NCBI GenBank assembly: GCA_051004775.1
Contig: JBPCJZ010000084.1
Coordinates: forward strand, 16,589 to 80,588
Reading direction: 5' to 3'
Length of the DNA stretch: 64,000 nucleotides
DNA from: Gemmatimonadota bacterium
GTDB taxonomy: Bacteria > Gemmatimonadota > Gemmatimonadetes > Palauibacterales > Palauibacteraceae
The position numbers and the translations under genes were made by a program. This document shows positions 47,056-56,573 of the stretch, in pieces (the first letter of the stretch is position 1; each line of letters opens with the position of its first letter). A model generated the notes under the pieces. That model was not told the origin of the DNA and did not search any database. It was given only the letters and a program-made list of their open reading frames with translations.

Positions 47056-48093
47056 GTGACACACTGCCCCTCGCTCCATCTTCACCGGGTCGCCGCGGCG
47101 ACGATCGCCGCCGTGCTGGCCGTGGCGGTGCATCCCTCGTCGGCGGACGCCCAGGAGTTCACGACGGAGGTCGAGGAATGGACCGTCCCATGGGCCGGAA
47201 GTCGCCCCCGGGATCCCTACGTCGCGCCCGATGGCCGCGTGTGGTTCGTCGGGCAGACGGCGGACTACGCGGCGGTCTTCGATCCCGAGACGGAAGAGTT
47301 CGAGAAGTTCGACCTCGGTCCGGGCGTCGGGCCGCACAACCTGATCGTCGACGAGGAAGGACTGGTCTGGTTCGCGGGCAACCGCCAATCGCACATCGGC
47401 ATTCTCGACCCCGAGACGGGGCGGATCGAGCGCATTCAGATGCCAGACCCGGCGGCGCGGGATCCTCACACCCTGATCTTCGGCGACCGTGGCGAGATCT
47501 GGTTCACGGTGCAGGGCGGCAACTTCGTCGGCCGCGTCGATCGAGCCACGCGCAAGGTCGACCTCGTGCCCGTGCCGACTCCCGACTCGCGGCCGTATGG
47601 GATCCACCTCGATTCCAGCGGGCACCCGTGGTTCGTCGAGTTCGCCGGAGGAAAAGTGGGGACGATCGACCCGGAGACGCTCGAGCTGACCGAGTATCCG
47701 CTTCCCGCCACGGACGGACGGCCCCGGCGGATCGCGGTCGACTCGCGCGACCACATCTGGTACGTGGACTACGCCAGGGGCGAGCTCGGCCGGATGACGC
47801 CCGAGGGGGAATTCTCGGCCTGGAGCGCGCCCTCCGAAGGGGGAAGCCGGCCGTACGCGCTGGGCGTCGACGACGTTGATCGTCTGTGGTACGTCGAGAC
47901 GGGACCTTCGCCCAATCGACTGGTGGCCGTCGACTCGCAGACCGGACGGACGCTGTCGGTCACGCCGATACCGAGCGGCGGCGGCGCGGTGCGCCACATG
48001 ATGTTCGATGCTGAACGAGGTGCGTTCTGGTTCGGGACCGACGCGAATACGCTGGCGCGCGTGCGCGTGCCGCCGGCCTCACCCGCGTCGTGA
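47056..48093 (+). CDS. Secreted virginiamycin B lyase (Vgb)-like beta-propeller
   Basis: Repeated P-x-x-I-x-x-D-x-x-G-x-x-W-F blades (GPHNL, DPHTL, RPYGI, RPRRI, RPYAL); signal peptide ADA; GTG start. Confidence 0.85.
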   Translation: MTHCPSLHLHRVAAATIAAVLAVAVHPSSADAQEFTTEVEEWTVPWAGSRPRDPYVAPDGRVWFVGQTADYAAVFDPETEEFEKFDLGPGVGPHNLIVDEEGLVWFAGNRQSHIGILDPETGRIERIQMPDPAARDPHTLIFGDRGEIWFTVQGGNFVGRVDRATRKVDLVPVPTPDSRPYGIHLDSSGHPWFVEFAGGKVGTIDPETLELTEYPLPATDGRPRRIAVDSRDHIWYVDYARGELGRMTPEGEFSAWSAPSEGGSRPYALGVDDVDRLWYVETGPSPNRLVAVDSQTGRTLSVTPIPSGGGAVRHMMFDAERGAFWFGTDANTLARVRVPPASPAS

Positions 48094-48097
48094 GGAC

Positions 48098-48115
48098 CCC
48101 GGATGGCCCGGATGG
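48098..48115. repeat. 9-bp tandem duplication CCCGGATGG x2
   Basis: Read directly from the sequence; convergent gap. Confidence 0.55.
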
Positions 48116-48146
48116 AGTCCACCCGACGCGTCGGTAGGGGGTGGGC

Positions 48147-48971
48147 TCAGGGCGTCGGGTCGGGGTAGTCGAACCGGATCGTACCGATGCCGAGCGTCGA
48201 ATCGCTGACTGCCGCGGCGATGTCGGCATCGTACTGCTCGAATGGGCAGGACGACTCCGTCGTACCGCTGAGGTCGAGCGAGACCGCAACGGTCGTCGAG
48301 TCCCCCGCGACGAGCGCCGTAACGGTCGACGGCGTGATGACCGCCTGCGCTCCGGTGCACAGTGAATCCGCATCGCTCGTCCGCCGGACCATGTCCAGCG
48401 CCAGCGCGATCGGGCCCAGGTCGATGTCGCTGACGTTGCGCAGCGTGAAGGCGGTATCCCGGCCTGCCCCTACATCGACGAGAGACGGGGCGAACACGAG
48501 GTCTCCGAACATCGGTTCAGGCTCTTCGTGATCGAAGCGGATCGTACCGACGCCGAGGATCTGGTTGTTGACCGCCGCCGCGATGTCCGCGTCGTACTGC
48601 GCAAACCGACAGAACTCCACGGTCGTGTTCGACAGGTCGAGCGTGACGTCGACGGTGGTCGACGCCCCGACCGCGAGGGACGAAATAGACGAAGGCACGA
48701 CATCGGCCTCGACGCCGGCGCACAGCGAGTCGGCATTCGTCGTGAGCCGGACGAGGTCGAGGCCGATGAGGATCGGCCCGAGGGCGACGTCACCCGAGTT
48801 CGTCAGCGTGAAGGATGTGTCGCGCGCCAATCCGATGTTGACGAACGAAGGCGCGAAGGCGAGATCGCCGAACATCGGGCCCATGGTCCCGTCGTCCCCG
48901 CAGGCGGTGAAGAGCAGAAGGAAACCCGGGACGGCGAAGGCGGCGGAGCGGGTCGAGCGGCGCATGTGCAT
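48147..48971 (-). CDS. Hypothetical lipoprotein made of two tandem 121-aa domains
   Basis: Lipobox FTAC; both units begin MFGDL and end GTIRFD; ATG 48971 with GGGAG RBS. Confidence 0.82.
   Translation of the reverse strand: MHMRRSTRSAAFAVPGFLLLFTACGDDGTMGPMFGDLAFAPSFVNIGLARDTSFTLTNSGDVALGPILIGLDLVRLTTNADSLCAGVEADVVPSSISSLAVGASTTVDVTLDLSNTTVEFCRFAQYDADIAAAVNNQILGVGTIRFDHEEPEPMFGDLVFAPSLVDVGAGRDTAFTLRNVSDIDLGPIALALDMVRRTSDADSLCTGAQAVITPSTVTALVAGDSTTVAVSLDLSGTTESSCPFEQYDADIAAAVSDSTLGIGTIRFDYPDPTP
48150..48875 (-). repeat. Internal 363-bp duplication (48513-48875 and 48150-48512)
   Basis: Colinear ungapped alignment of the two protein halves by eye. Confidence 0.85.
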
Positions 48972-49226
48972 CCAATTCTCCCTGGTCGCGGGCCCGGCAT
49001 CAGCCCGTGAAACGTCGAACCGCAAGCGGATCAGTCCGCCTCGGCCAATCTTTCCCGTATCCCCGGACCGTGCAACACGCCGGGACGAACGCCCGCCGCA
49101 TCGCGCCGCCCCGGTTGACTCCGGCGCCGATTCGCGGCAAGTTGCTTTGCTGTCGCCGAAGTGCCGCGCCGCCGCCCAGTGGCGGCCCCGGGCGCCCGGC
49201 CTGGACATGCAGTCTGGAGCTGAAGA

Positions 49227-49583
49227 ATGAAGACCGGAATCCATCCCGAATATACTCCCGCGCGGATCACATGTGCCTGCGGTCGCGTCACCGAAACGTT
49301 CGCGACGGTCGAAGAGCTGCACGTGGAGATCTGTTCCCATTGTCATCCGTTCTACACGGGCCGCCAGAAGCTGATCGATACGGCTGGCCGGGTCGAGCGC
49401 TTCCGCCGTAAGTACGGCGACTCGAAGGGCGCCGCGGAGCCGAAAGCTGCCTCCTCCGAGGGGGACGAGGCGGAAAAGGCGGACGGGGCGGACGAGGCGG
49501 ACGAGGCGGACGAGGCGGAAACGGCCGCCGTGGCCACCGGCGATGGCGACGCGTCGGCCGGATCAGAAGAACCGCAGGATTGA
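49227..49583 (+). CDS. rpmE: 50S ribosomal protein L31 (Zn-binding type) with acidic C-terminal tail
   Basis: [29 protein letters not shown]. Confidence 0.97.
   Translation: MKTGIHPEYTPARITCACGRVTETFATVEELHVEICSHCHPFYTGRQKLIDTAGRVERFRRKYGDSKGAAEPKAASSEGDEAEKADGADEADEADEAETAAVATGDGDASAGSEEPQD
49479..49523 (+). repeat. 9-bp coding tandem repeat GCGGACGAG (ADE) in the L31 tail
   Basis: 3 perfect and 2 imperfect units. Confidence 0.8.
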
Positions 49584-49643
49584 CCCCCGGGTCGTGACCG
49601 CCGGCCCGCGGTCACACCGGCCCTCCCGCCCCCAGGTACGACC

Positions 49644-50729
49644 GTGAGCGCCGATCCGACAACGCTCGCCGCCCCGATCCGCTCGGCGATCGAGCGCCAT
49701 GCCGAGCTGAACCGCCGGATGGCGGATCCGAACGTCCTCGAGGACCACGATCTGCTGCGGCGGCTCGCCCAGGAGCATTCCGACCTCGGTCCGCTCGTCG
49801 AGGCGGGCAAGCGCTTCCTGCGCGTGCTCGAAGAACGGGAGGACGCGGAAGGGCTCGTCCGCTCCGAACGCGGAGAGATGGCCGAGATGGCCAGGGCCGA
49901 GGTGGGCCGGCTCGACGCCGAGGCCGAGGCCATGGTCGACGGACTCCGCCGGCTGCTCGTTCCCCGCGATCCGCTCGAGGATCGGCCGGCGGTCGTCGAG
50001 ATCCGCGCCGGGACGGGCGGCGACGAGGCCGCCCTGTTCGCCGCGGACCTCTTCCGGATGTATTCCCGCTACGCCGACGGGCAGGGCTGGTCGATCGATA
50101 TCGCCTCGACGAGCGAGGGCGTCCTCAACGGGCTGAAGGAAGTGATCTTTACCGTGAGCGGGAGGGACGCATACGGCCGCCTCAGGTACGAGTCCGGCGT
50201 CCACCGGGTACAGCGCGTGCCGGTGACCGAGAGCTCCGGCCGCATCCACACCTCAGCCGCGAGCGTGGCCGTCCTGCCTGAGGCCGAAGACGTCGATGTC
50301 GAGATAGATCCCGGGGATCTGAAGATCGACGTGTACCGGTCGTCGGGCCCCGGCGGGCAGTCGGTCAACACCACCGACTCGGCCGTGCGGATCACCCACA
50401 AACCGACGGGCCTCGTCGTCACGTGCCAGGATGAGAAATCGCAGCACAAGAACAAGGCGAAGGCACTCAAAGTGCTGCGCAGCCGCCTCCTGGATCGACG
50501 GATCGCCGCCCAGGAAGCCGAGCGTGCGCGAGAGCGCCGTCTACAGGTCGGCACCGGTGATCGTTCGGCGAAGATCCGCACGTACAACTTTCCGCAGAAT
50601 CGGCTGACGGACCACCGGATCAACCTCACGCTCCACCGCCTCGAGACGGTCCTCGACGGAGACCTCGACGAGGTCATCGAAGCGCTGCGCACCGCCGGCA
50701 TGGAAGAGCGGCTGGAAGCGCAGACGTGA
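49644..50729 (+). CDS. prfA: Peptide chain release factor 1
   Basis: [29 protein letters not shown] (PVT), [10 protein letters not shown]. Confidence 0.97.
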   Translation: MSADPTTLAAPIRSAIERHAELNRRMADPNVLEDHDLLRRLAQEHSDLGPLVEAGKRFLRVLEEREDAEGLVRSERGEMAEMARAEVGRLDAEAEAMVDGLRRLLVPRDPLEDRPAVVEIRAGTGGDEAALFAADLFRMYSRYADGQGWSIDIASTSEGVLNGLKEVIFTVSGRDAYGRLRYESGVHRVQRVPVTESSGRIHTSAASVAVLPEAEDVDVEIDPGDLKIDVYRSSGPGGQSVNTTDSAVRITHKPTGLVVTCQDEKSQHKNKAKALKVLRSRLLDRRIAAQEAERARERRLQVGTGDRSAKIRTYNFPQNRLTDHRINLTLHRLETVLDGDLDEVIEALRTAGMEERLEAQT

Positions 50730-51661
50730 CCCCGAGGCGCCCGGATCCGCCGCGGCTGCGCGACGTTCTGCGCGGTCTCACGACGGAACTCGAGGCCGCC
50801 GGTGTCGACAGCCCCCGTCCGGAGGCCGAGCGACTGCTCGCCCACGTTCTCGGGGCCGAACGCTCCGGTCTGGCTCTTCGGAGCGACGAACCCCTGCCCG
50901 ACGAAGCCGCGGCGGAACTTGCGCGCCTGATCGCCCGCCGCACGGCCGGTGAGCCGCTGCAGCATCTCGAGGGAACTGTCGCGTTTCGTGAACTCGTACT
51001 GCGCGCCGACGCCCGGGCGCTCATCCCGCGGCCCGAAACGGAACAACTCGTCGATCTCGTCGCCCGTGGCCTGCGCGAACAGGCCGGCGACGGCGTACGG
51101 GTCGTCGCGCGTCCCGGCGCCCCCCGGAGGCCACCAGCGGCTCGCCTGGCTCTCGACATTGGGACCGGGAGCGGGGCCATCGCCCTGTCGCTGATCGCCG
51201 AAGGCCTGGCCGAGCGTGTCGTGGCCCTCGACCTCTCGCCGCCGGCGCTCGAACAGGCCCGCGAGAACCTCGACCTCTCGGGCGTTGACCCGTCGCGCCT
51301 CGACCTGCGCCCTACCGGGCAGGATCCGTTCGCCGCCCTCGAGCCGGGCGAGCGGTTCGACCTCGTCGTCTCCAATCCGCCCTACGTGAGCACGGCCGAA
51401 CTCGCAAACCTTCCGGCAGAAGTCCGTCGTGAGCCGGGGGAAGCGCTGGCCGGCGGGCGCGACGGTCTCGACGTCATCCGCCTGATCGTCCGCCGCGGCC
51501 CGGAGTTCATGGTGCCCGGGGCCGGTCTGTTTCTCGAGATTGCGGCCACCCAGGGGCAGGTCGTAACCGGGCTGCTCGAGGCCGCGGACACGTGGCGGGC
51601 CGTGCGTTGCCACCCTGACCACTCCGGTCGTGACCGCTTCGCCACGGCGCGCCGGAAGTGA
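50726..51661 (+). CDS. prmC: Release factor glutamine methyltransferase
   Basis: [29 protein letters not shown]; coupled to prfA. Confidence 0.95.
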   Translation: MTPRRPDPPRLRDVLRGLTTELEAAGVDSPRPEAERLLAHVLGAERSGLALRSDEPLPDEAAAELARLIARRTAGEPLQHLEGTVAFRELVLRADARALIPRPETEQLVDLVARGLREQAGDGVRVVARPGAPRRPPAARLALDIGTGSGAIALSLIAEGLAERVVALDLSPPALEQARENLDLSGVDPSRLDLRPTGQDPFAALEPGERFDLVVSNPPYVSTAELANLPAEVRREPGEALAGGRDGLDVIRLIVRRGPEFMVPGAGLFLEIAATQGQVVTGLLEAADTWRAVRCHPDHSGRDRFATARRK

Positions 51662-51709
51662 CAACCGCGGGTCGCGGCTCCCCGCATCGCGCGGAGGCCA
51701 TGCGGTCGC

Positions 51710-51715
51710 TATAAT
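51710..51715 (+). promoter_or_regulatory. Consensus -10 TATAAT upstream of the ylbF-pgsA-ino1-tmk run
   Basis: Perfect hexamer in a 100-nt intergenic gap; no good -35. Confidence 0.5.
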
Positions 51716-51762
51716 TTCGGTCTCTCGACAATCCGACGACTCCAATCCTACATGATTTGAAT

Positions 51763-52134
51763 ATGGAAACGACGAATAGAGATCGCATCGTGGAACGCGC
51801 CGTCGAAGTCGGCCGCCTCGTATCCCAGACGTCGGAATTCCGGCATCTGAAGTCGGCCCACAAGGAGATCGGCGACGATCGCGACGCCACCGGACGGATC
51901 AACGAGATGCGCGAGCTGCAGACCCAGATGCTCGAGCAGATCGAGCGGGGCGAGGAGCCGCCGGAGGAATCGCGCGAAAAGCTGGAGCAACTCGGCCAGG
52001 AGCTGCAGTCGAATTCCAGGTACCAGGCCCTCATCTCGGCGCAGGCCAACTTCGACCGGCTGATGGAGAAGATCCAGGAGTCGATCGGGGCGGGAATCCG
52101 CGCGGGTGAAGAAAGCCGGATCGTCATTCCTTGA
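51763..52134 (+). CDS. YlbF/YmcA (Com_YlbF)-like protein
   Basis: Helical; AVEVGRLVSQTSEF...Y..LISAQANFDRLMEKI pattern. Confidence 0.7.
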   Translation: METTNRDRIVERAVEVGRLVSQTSEFRHLKSAHKEIGDDRDATGRINEMRELQTQMLEQIERGEEPPEESREKLEQLGQELQSNSRYQALISAQANFDRLMEKIQESIGAGIRAGEESRIVIP

Positions 52135-52811
52135 TCAAGGGCCTTCGCGACCTCGGTGAGCGGGGCCTGCGCGCCGCCGTGGAGCCGATCGTCGACGCCT
52201 TCACGCGCTGGCGAGTGCACCCGAACACGCTGAGTTCGCTCGGTTTCCTGATCACCTGCTCGTCCGGATACTTCTTTCACCAGCACCAGGTACGCACCGC
52301 CGGCGCTCTGATCCTGGCGGGCGGAATCTTCGATCTGTTCGACGGCAGCGTCGCCCGGCGCACCGGGCTCGCCTCTCCGTTCGGGGCGTTCTACGATTCG
52401 ACACTCGACCGGTTGTCGGAGATCGTCGTGTACCTGGGCCTGCTGTCGCTGTACAACGACTACCGCCTGGTGCTCGGCGACGTCGGCATGATCTACGTGG
52501 TGATGCTCGCGATGGCCGGGTCGCTGATGATCAGCTATACCCGGGCGCGCGCCGAGGCGCTTGGCATCAACTGCTCGATCGGTCTCATGCAGCGCGCCGA
52601 GCGCGTGCTGCTGATCGGCCTGGCGGCACTTGCCTTCGGGGAAGGCGACGCGGGCGTCGTACTCAAGGGCGTGCTCGTCGGCCTCGCGGTGCTGACGAAC
52701 CTGACCGTGATTCAGCGCATCTGGTGGGTGTATCGCAACACGCGGCCGGCGGGCGTGGCCGTGGGTCCTGCGATCCGGCGCGACCCGTCTGATCGGGGCC
52801 CGAATACCTGA
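52131..52811 (+). CDS. CDP-alcohol phosphatidyltransferase (probable phosphatidylinositol-phosphate synthase)
   Basis: HPNTLS, DLFDGSVARRTGLASPFGAFYDSTLDR signature, SYTRARAE; adjacent to ino1. Confidence 0.88.
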   Translation: MIKGLRDLGERGLRAAVEPIVDAFTRWRVHPNTLSSLGFLITCSSGYFFHQHQVRTAGALILAGGIFDLFDGSVARRTGLASPFGAFYDSTLDRLSEIVVYLGLLSLYNDYRLVLGDVGMIYVVMLAMAGSLMISYTRARAEALGINCSIGLMQRAERVLLIGLAALAFGEGDAGVVLKGVLVGLAVLTNLTVIQRIWWVYRNTRPAGVAVGPAIRRDPSDRGPNT

Positions 52812-52868
52812 AGCATCCGGGCGCCGCTGCGGCGGTGCCCCTTCTATCCAATCAGGAGACGTCACGAG

Positions 52869-54188
52869 ATGCAGGAAGCGAACGGACGCGAGATCCAGCC
52901 CGCCGAAGGACGACTTGGTGTTCTACTGGTCGGGCTGGGCGCCGTGTCGACGACGACGATCGCCGGAGTGGAGTCCATCCGCCGTGGCCTGACGAAGCCG
53001 ATCGGATCCCTGACGCAGATGAACACGATCCGCCTCGGGAAGCGGACGGACGCCCGCGCCCCGCTGATCAAGGAGTTCGTGCCCCTGACCGGTCTCGATG
53101 ACGTGGTGTTCGGCGCGTGGGATCCGATCCCCGACGACGCGTACGACTCCGCGAAGCACTGCGGCGTGCTCAAGACGGAAGATCTCGACCCGATCGCCGA
53201 CTATCTGAAGTCGATCGAGCCGATGCCCGCGGTATTCGACAAGAAGTACGTGAAGAAGCTCGACGGGACGAACGTGAAGAAGGGAGACAGCAAGTACGAT
53301 CTCATGGAGCAGCTTCGCGCCGACATCCGCAACTTCAAGGAATCCAAAGGCTGTGAGCGCCTCGTCATCGTGTGGTGCGCCTCGACCGAAATCTTCCTGC
53401 AGCCCACGGCCGTGCACGCCACGATCGAGTCCTTCGAGCAGGCCATGCGCGACAGCGACGACGCCGTGGCGCCCTCGATGCTCTACGCATGGGCGGCCCT
53501 GCAGGAGAGCGTTCCGTTCGCCAACGGGGCGCCCAACCTGACGGTCGACCTGCCGTGCATGCTCGAGCTCGCCAGACAGAACTCGGTGCCCGTGTGCGGC
53601 AAGGATTTCAAGACCGGCCAGACTTTCATGAAGACCATCCTCGCGCCGGGCCTCAAGACGCGCATGCTCGGTCTCTCCGGATGGTTCTCGACGAACATTC
53701 TCGGCAACCGCGACGGCGAGGTTCTCGACGATCCCGAGAGCTTCAAGACGAAAGAAGAGTCGAAGCTCGGCGTTCTGGAACACATCCTGCAGCCCAAGAT
53801 GTATCCGGACCTGTACGGCGACATGTACCACAAGGTGCGGATCAACTACTATCCGCCGCGTGGTGACAACAAGGAGGGCTGGGACAATCTCGACATCTTC
53901 GGATGGATGGGATACGGCATGCAGATCAAGATCGACTTCCTGTGCAGGGACTCGATCCTCGCCGCGCCGCTCGTCCTCGACCTCGCGCTGTTCCTCGATC
54001 TCGCGCAGCGCGCCGGCATGCACGGCATCCAGGAGTGGCTCTCCTTCTACTTCAAGAGCCCCCAGGTCGCGCCCGGCCTCTATCCCGAGCACGACATCTT
54101 CATCCAGCACTGGAAGCTCAAGAACACGCTCCGCTGGCTCATGGGCGAAGAGCAGATCACGCATCTCGGTGTCGAATACTACGACTGA
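52869..54188 (+). CDS. ino1: myo-inositol-1-phosphate synthase
   Basis: GLGAVST, NGAPN, GKDFKTGQT, WFSTNILGNRDG, SKLG, GDNKEGWD, CRDSILAAP. Confidence 0.95.
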   Translation: MQEANGREIQPAEGRLGVLLVGLGAVSTTTIAGVESIRRGLTKPIGSLTQMNTIRLGKRTDARAPLIKEFVPLTGLDDVVFGAWDPIPDDAYDSAKHCGVLKTEDLDPIADYLKSIEPMPAVFDKKYVKKLDGTNVKKGDSKYDLMEQLRADIRNFKESKGCERLVIVWCASTEIFLQPTAVHATIESFEQAMRDSDDAVAPSMLYAWAALQESVPFANGAPNLTVDLPCMLELARQNSVPVCGKDFKTGQTFMKTILAPGLKTRMLGLSGWFSTNILGNRDGEVLDDPESFKTKEESKLGVLEHILQPKMYPDLYGDMYHKVRINYYPPRGDNKEGWDNLDIFGWMGYGMQIKIDFLCRDSILAAPLVLDLALFLDLAQRAGMHGIQEWLSFYFKSPQVAPGLYPEHDIFIQHWKLKNTLRWLMGEEQITHLGVEYYD

Positions 54189-54927
54189 TCGCGCGTCGAC
54201 CGGCGGCTGCTTCGTCGTCTTTGAAGGCGTAGAAGGCGCGGGCAAGTCCACCCACGTGCGCCGCGTCGCGGAGCGGCTGGACCGCTGCGGCATCGCGTAC
54301 CTGCTCGTGCGCGAACCGGGCGGAACGGAGGTCGGGGAGCGCGCGCGTCAACTCGTGCTCGATCCGCGGTTCGAGATGGGGCCCGAGGCGGAGCTGTTCC
54401 TCTACCTGGCCGCGCGGGCCGAGTTCGTCCGCCGCCTGGCGCGTCCTGCGCTCGAACGCGGCGAGCTCGTACTGGCCGATCGCTACCAGCTTTCGACCTT
54501 CGCCTACCAGGGCCGTGGGCGAGGCCTCGACCTCGACCTGGTGCGACAGGTGAACCGGATTGCCACCGGGGGGCTCGAACCCGACCTGACGCTGCTCCTC
54601 ACCGTCGACCCGGAAGTCGGGCGCAGCCGCCAGCGCGGCCGCCCGGATCGCATCGAGGGCGAGCGGGCGGATTTTCATCGAGTCGTGGCCGACGCGTACG
54701 ACGAGTTTGCCGCGGCCAACGATCGGACGATCCGGATCGTGGCCGACGGGCCCCACGACGTCGTCCACGAGCGGATCTGGAATGAACTCTCCACGCGCTG
54801 GCCGGAGAGGTTTCCGGCCGCGTCCGCACGGGCCGGAAACATTTCCGCGCCGGGCGAGTTTCACGAATGTGAGCCGCCCGCGCGGGGCGGTTCGGACATC
54901 GAATCAACGGGGCAGGAGGCGGAATGA
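54169..54927 (+). CDS. tmk: Thymidylate kinase
   Basis: FEGVEGAGKST, REPGGT, ADRY...AYQG, DRIE; GTG start estimated. Confidence 0.93.
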   Translation: MSNTTTDRASTGGCFVVFEGVEGAGKSTHVRRVAERLDRCGIAYLLVREPGGTEVGERARQLVLDPRFEMGPEAELFLYLAARAEFVRRLARPALERGELVLADRYQLSTFAYQGRGRGLDLDLVRQVNRIATGGLEPDLTLLLTVDPEVGRSRQRGRPDRIEGERADFHRVVADAYDEFAAANDRTIRIVADGPHDVVHERIWNELSTRWPERFPAASARAGNISAPGEFHECEPPARGGSDIESTGQEAE

Positions 54928-56573
54928 ATACACGGCGAGGGCGGTTTGCGGCGGTAGGGATTGTCGCCGTGGCGCTGGTCACGGGCGGATCCCTCCTGCA
55001 GTCGCAGGCGGCCGACCGTGTATCGAACTCCACGCTGTTCGACCTCGTGCATCGCTACGTCGCGGAGCGCTACGTCGAGGAGATCAATCCGGACTCGCTG
55101 TACGAGAAGGCGATCGACGGCCTGCTCGTGGAACTCGGCGATCCGTACGCGGCCTATATCCGGGGCGCCGACGACGGCACCCTGCTGTCGAACAACTACG
55201 GCGGCGTCGGCATGCGGGTGCTCGCCGGAGAGGACGGGATCAGCGTGCTCGGCGTGATCCCCGACAGCCCTTCGTCGCGGCTCGACCTGCAGAAGATGGA
55301 CCGCATCGTCGAAGTCGAAGGGGAATCGACGCTCGGGTGGACCCAGGAGGAAGCCGTGGAGGCTCTGCGCGGCCAGCGCGGCGAGCCGGTAGCGGTCAAG
55401 GTCACGCGTGAGGGGCGCCGCGAGCCGTTCGACGTGGTGATCGTGCGCGACGCCGTCCACCTCGACGCGACGCGCACGGTGATGCTCGAGGGCGACGTCG
55501 GCTACGTGCGCCTCGAGCAGTTCAGCCGGTCCTCGGCCCGCGAGCTTCAGCGCAGCATCGACAACCTGCGCGAGCGCGGCGCCGAGTCAGTGATCCTCGA
55601 CCTGCGCTATAATGCCGGAGGGATCCTGCCCGAGGCGGTCGAGATCGCGGACCTGTTCGTCCCGCCCAACTCGCCGGTCGTGGAAACCCGTGGTCGCGAC
55701 CCGCAGGACAACCAGAGCTTCACGGCGCCCGGGCCCGACCGTTATCCGGGCCTGCCGATGGTCGTGCTGGTCAACGGATATTCGGCCAGCGCGTCGGAGA
55801 TCGTAGCCGGGGCTCTGCAGGATTTCGACCGCGCCGTCGTCATGGGTTCCCGCACGTTCGGCAAGGGCGTGATGCAGAGCGTGTTCCCCCTCCCCGGACA
55901 GCACTACCTGAGGCTGACCACGGGAACCTGGTACACCCCGAGCGGCCGCTCCATCCATCGCGACCGCGACATGGAAGCCGCGCTCGTACCCTCCGAGTTC
56001 AACCAGGCGGTCAACCAGGCGGTATCGCTCGGTCTCGCGGATGCCCCGCTGGCCAGCCCGGTCGTCGAAGCCGATACCGCGGGGCGCCAGGTGTTCCGCA
56101 CGGCGAGCGGCCGGCCGGTCTACGGCGGCGGCGGAATTCAGCCGGATATTCTCGTTCATCCCGACACGCTGACGATCCCGGAGCAGGAACTGCGGGCGGC
56201 GATGATCGACGCGGAAGTCTCGCTCGAGACGCTGAGCCTGCGCTTCGCCGTCGACTGGGTTCGGGCGCACCCCCGGGCCCGGCCGACCGAGGTCACGCCG
56301 GAGCTTCGCCGGGAGTTCGTCAGGTTCGTCGAGACGAACACCGAGGGCGTGATCGACGAGGTGACGCTCCAGGAGGGAAGCGGCCTGGTCGACTACAGGC
56401 TCGGCAGCCAGCTCGCCACGGTCGCGTTCGACGACGAGGCGGGACTCAAGGTCCTGCTCGACCGCCAGCGCGAAGTACAGGACGCGGCGGAGCTGCTCCG
56501 CGCGGCCACGACTCCCGAGCAGTTGATCGCGCTCGCCGCGGCCGAGCGTGCCGCGACGTCGGTGGGCGGATGA
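54924..56573 (+). CDS. S41A C-terminal processing protease (PDZ), copy 1
   Basis: GGVGM PDZ, DLRYNAGG, SASASEIVAGALQD, TFGKG. Confidence 0.92.
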   Translation: MNTRRGRFAAVGIVAVALVTGGSLLQSQAADRVSNSTLFDLVHRYVAERYVEEINPDSLYEKAIDGLLVELGDPYAAYIRGADDGTLLSNNYGGVGMRVLAGEDGISVLGVIPDSPSSRLDLQKMDRIVEVEGESTLGWTQEEAVEALRGQRGEPVAVKVTREGRREPFDVVIVRDAVHLDATRTVMLEGDVGYVRLEQFSRSSARELQRSIDNLRERGAESVILDLRYNAGGILPEAVEIADLFVPPNSPVVETRGRDPQDNQSFTAPGPDRYPGLPMVVLVNGYSASASEIVAGALQDFDRAVVMGSRTFGKGVMQSVFPLPGQHYLRLTTGTWYTPSGRSIHRDRDMEAALVPSEFNQAVNQAVSLGLADAPLASPVVEADTAGRQVFRTASGRPVYGGGGIQPDILVHPDTLTIPEQELRAAMIDAEVSLETLSLRFAVDWVRAHPRARPTEVTPELRREFVRFVETNTEGVIDEVTLQEGSGLVDYRLGSQLATVAFDDEAGLKVLLDRQREVQDAAELLRAATTPEQLIALAAAERAATSVGG

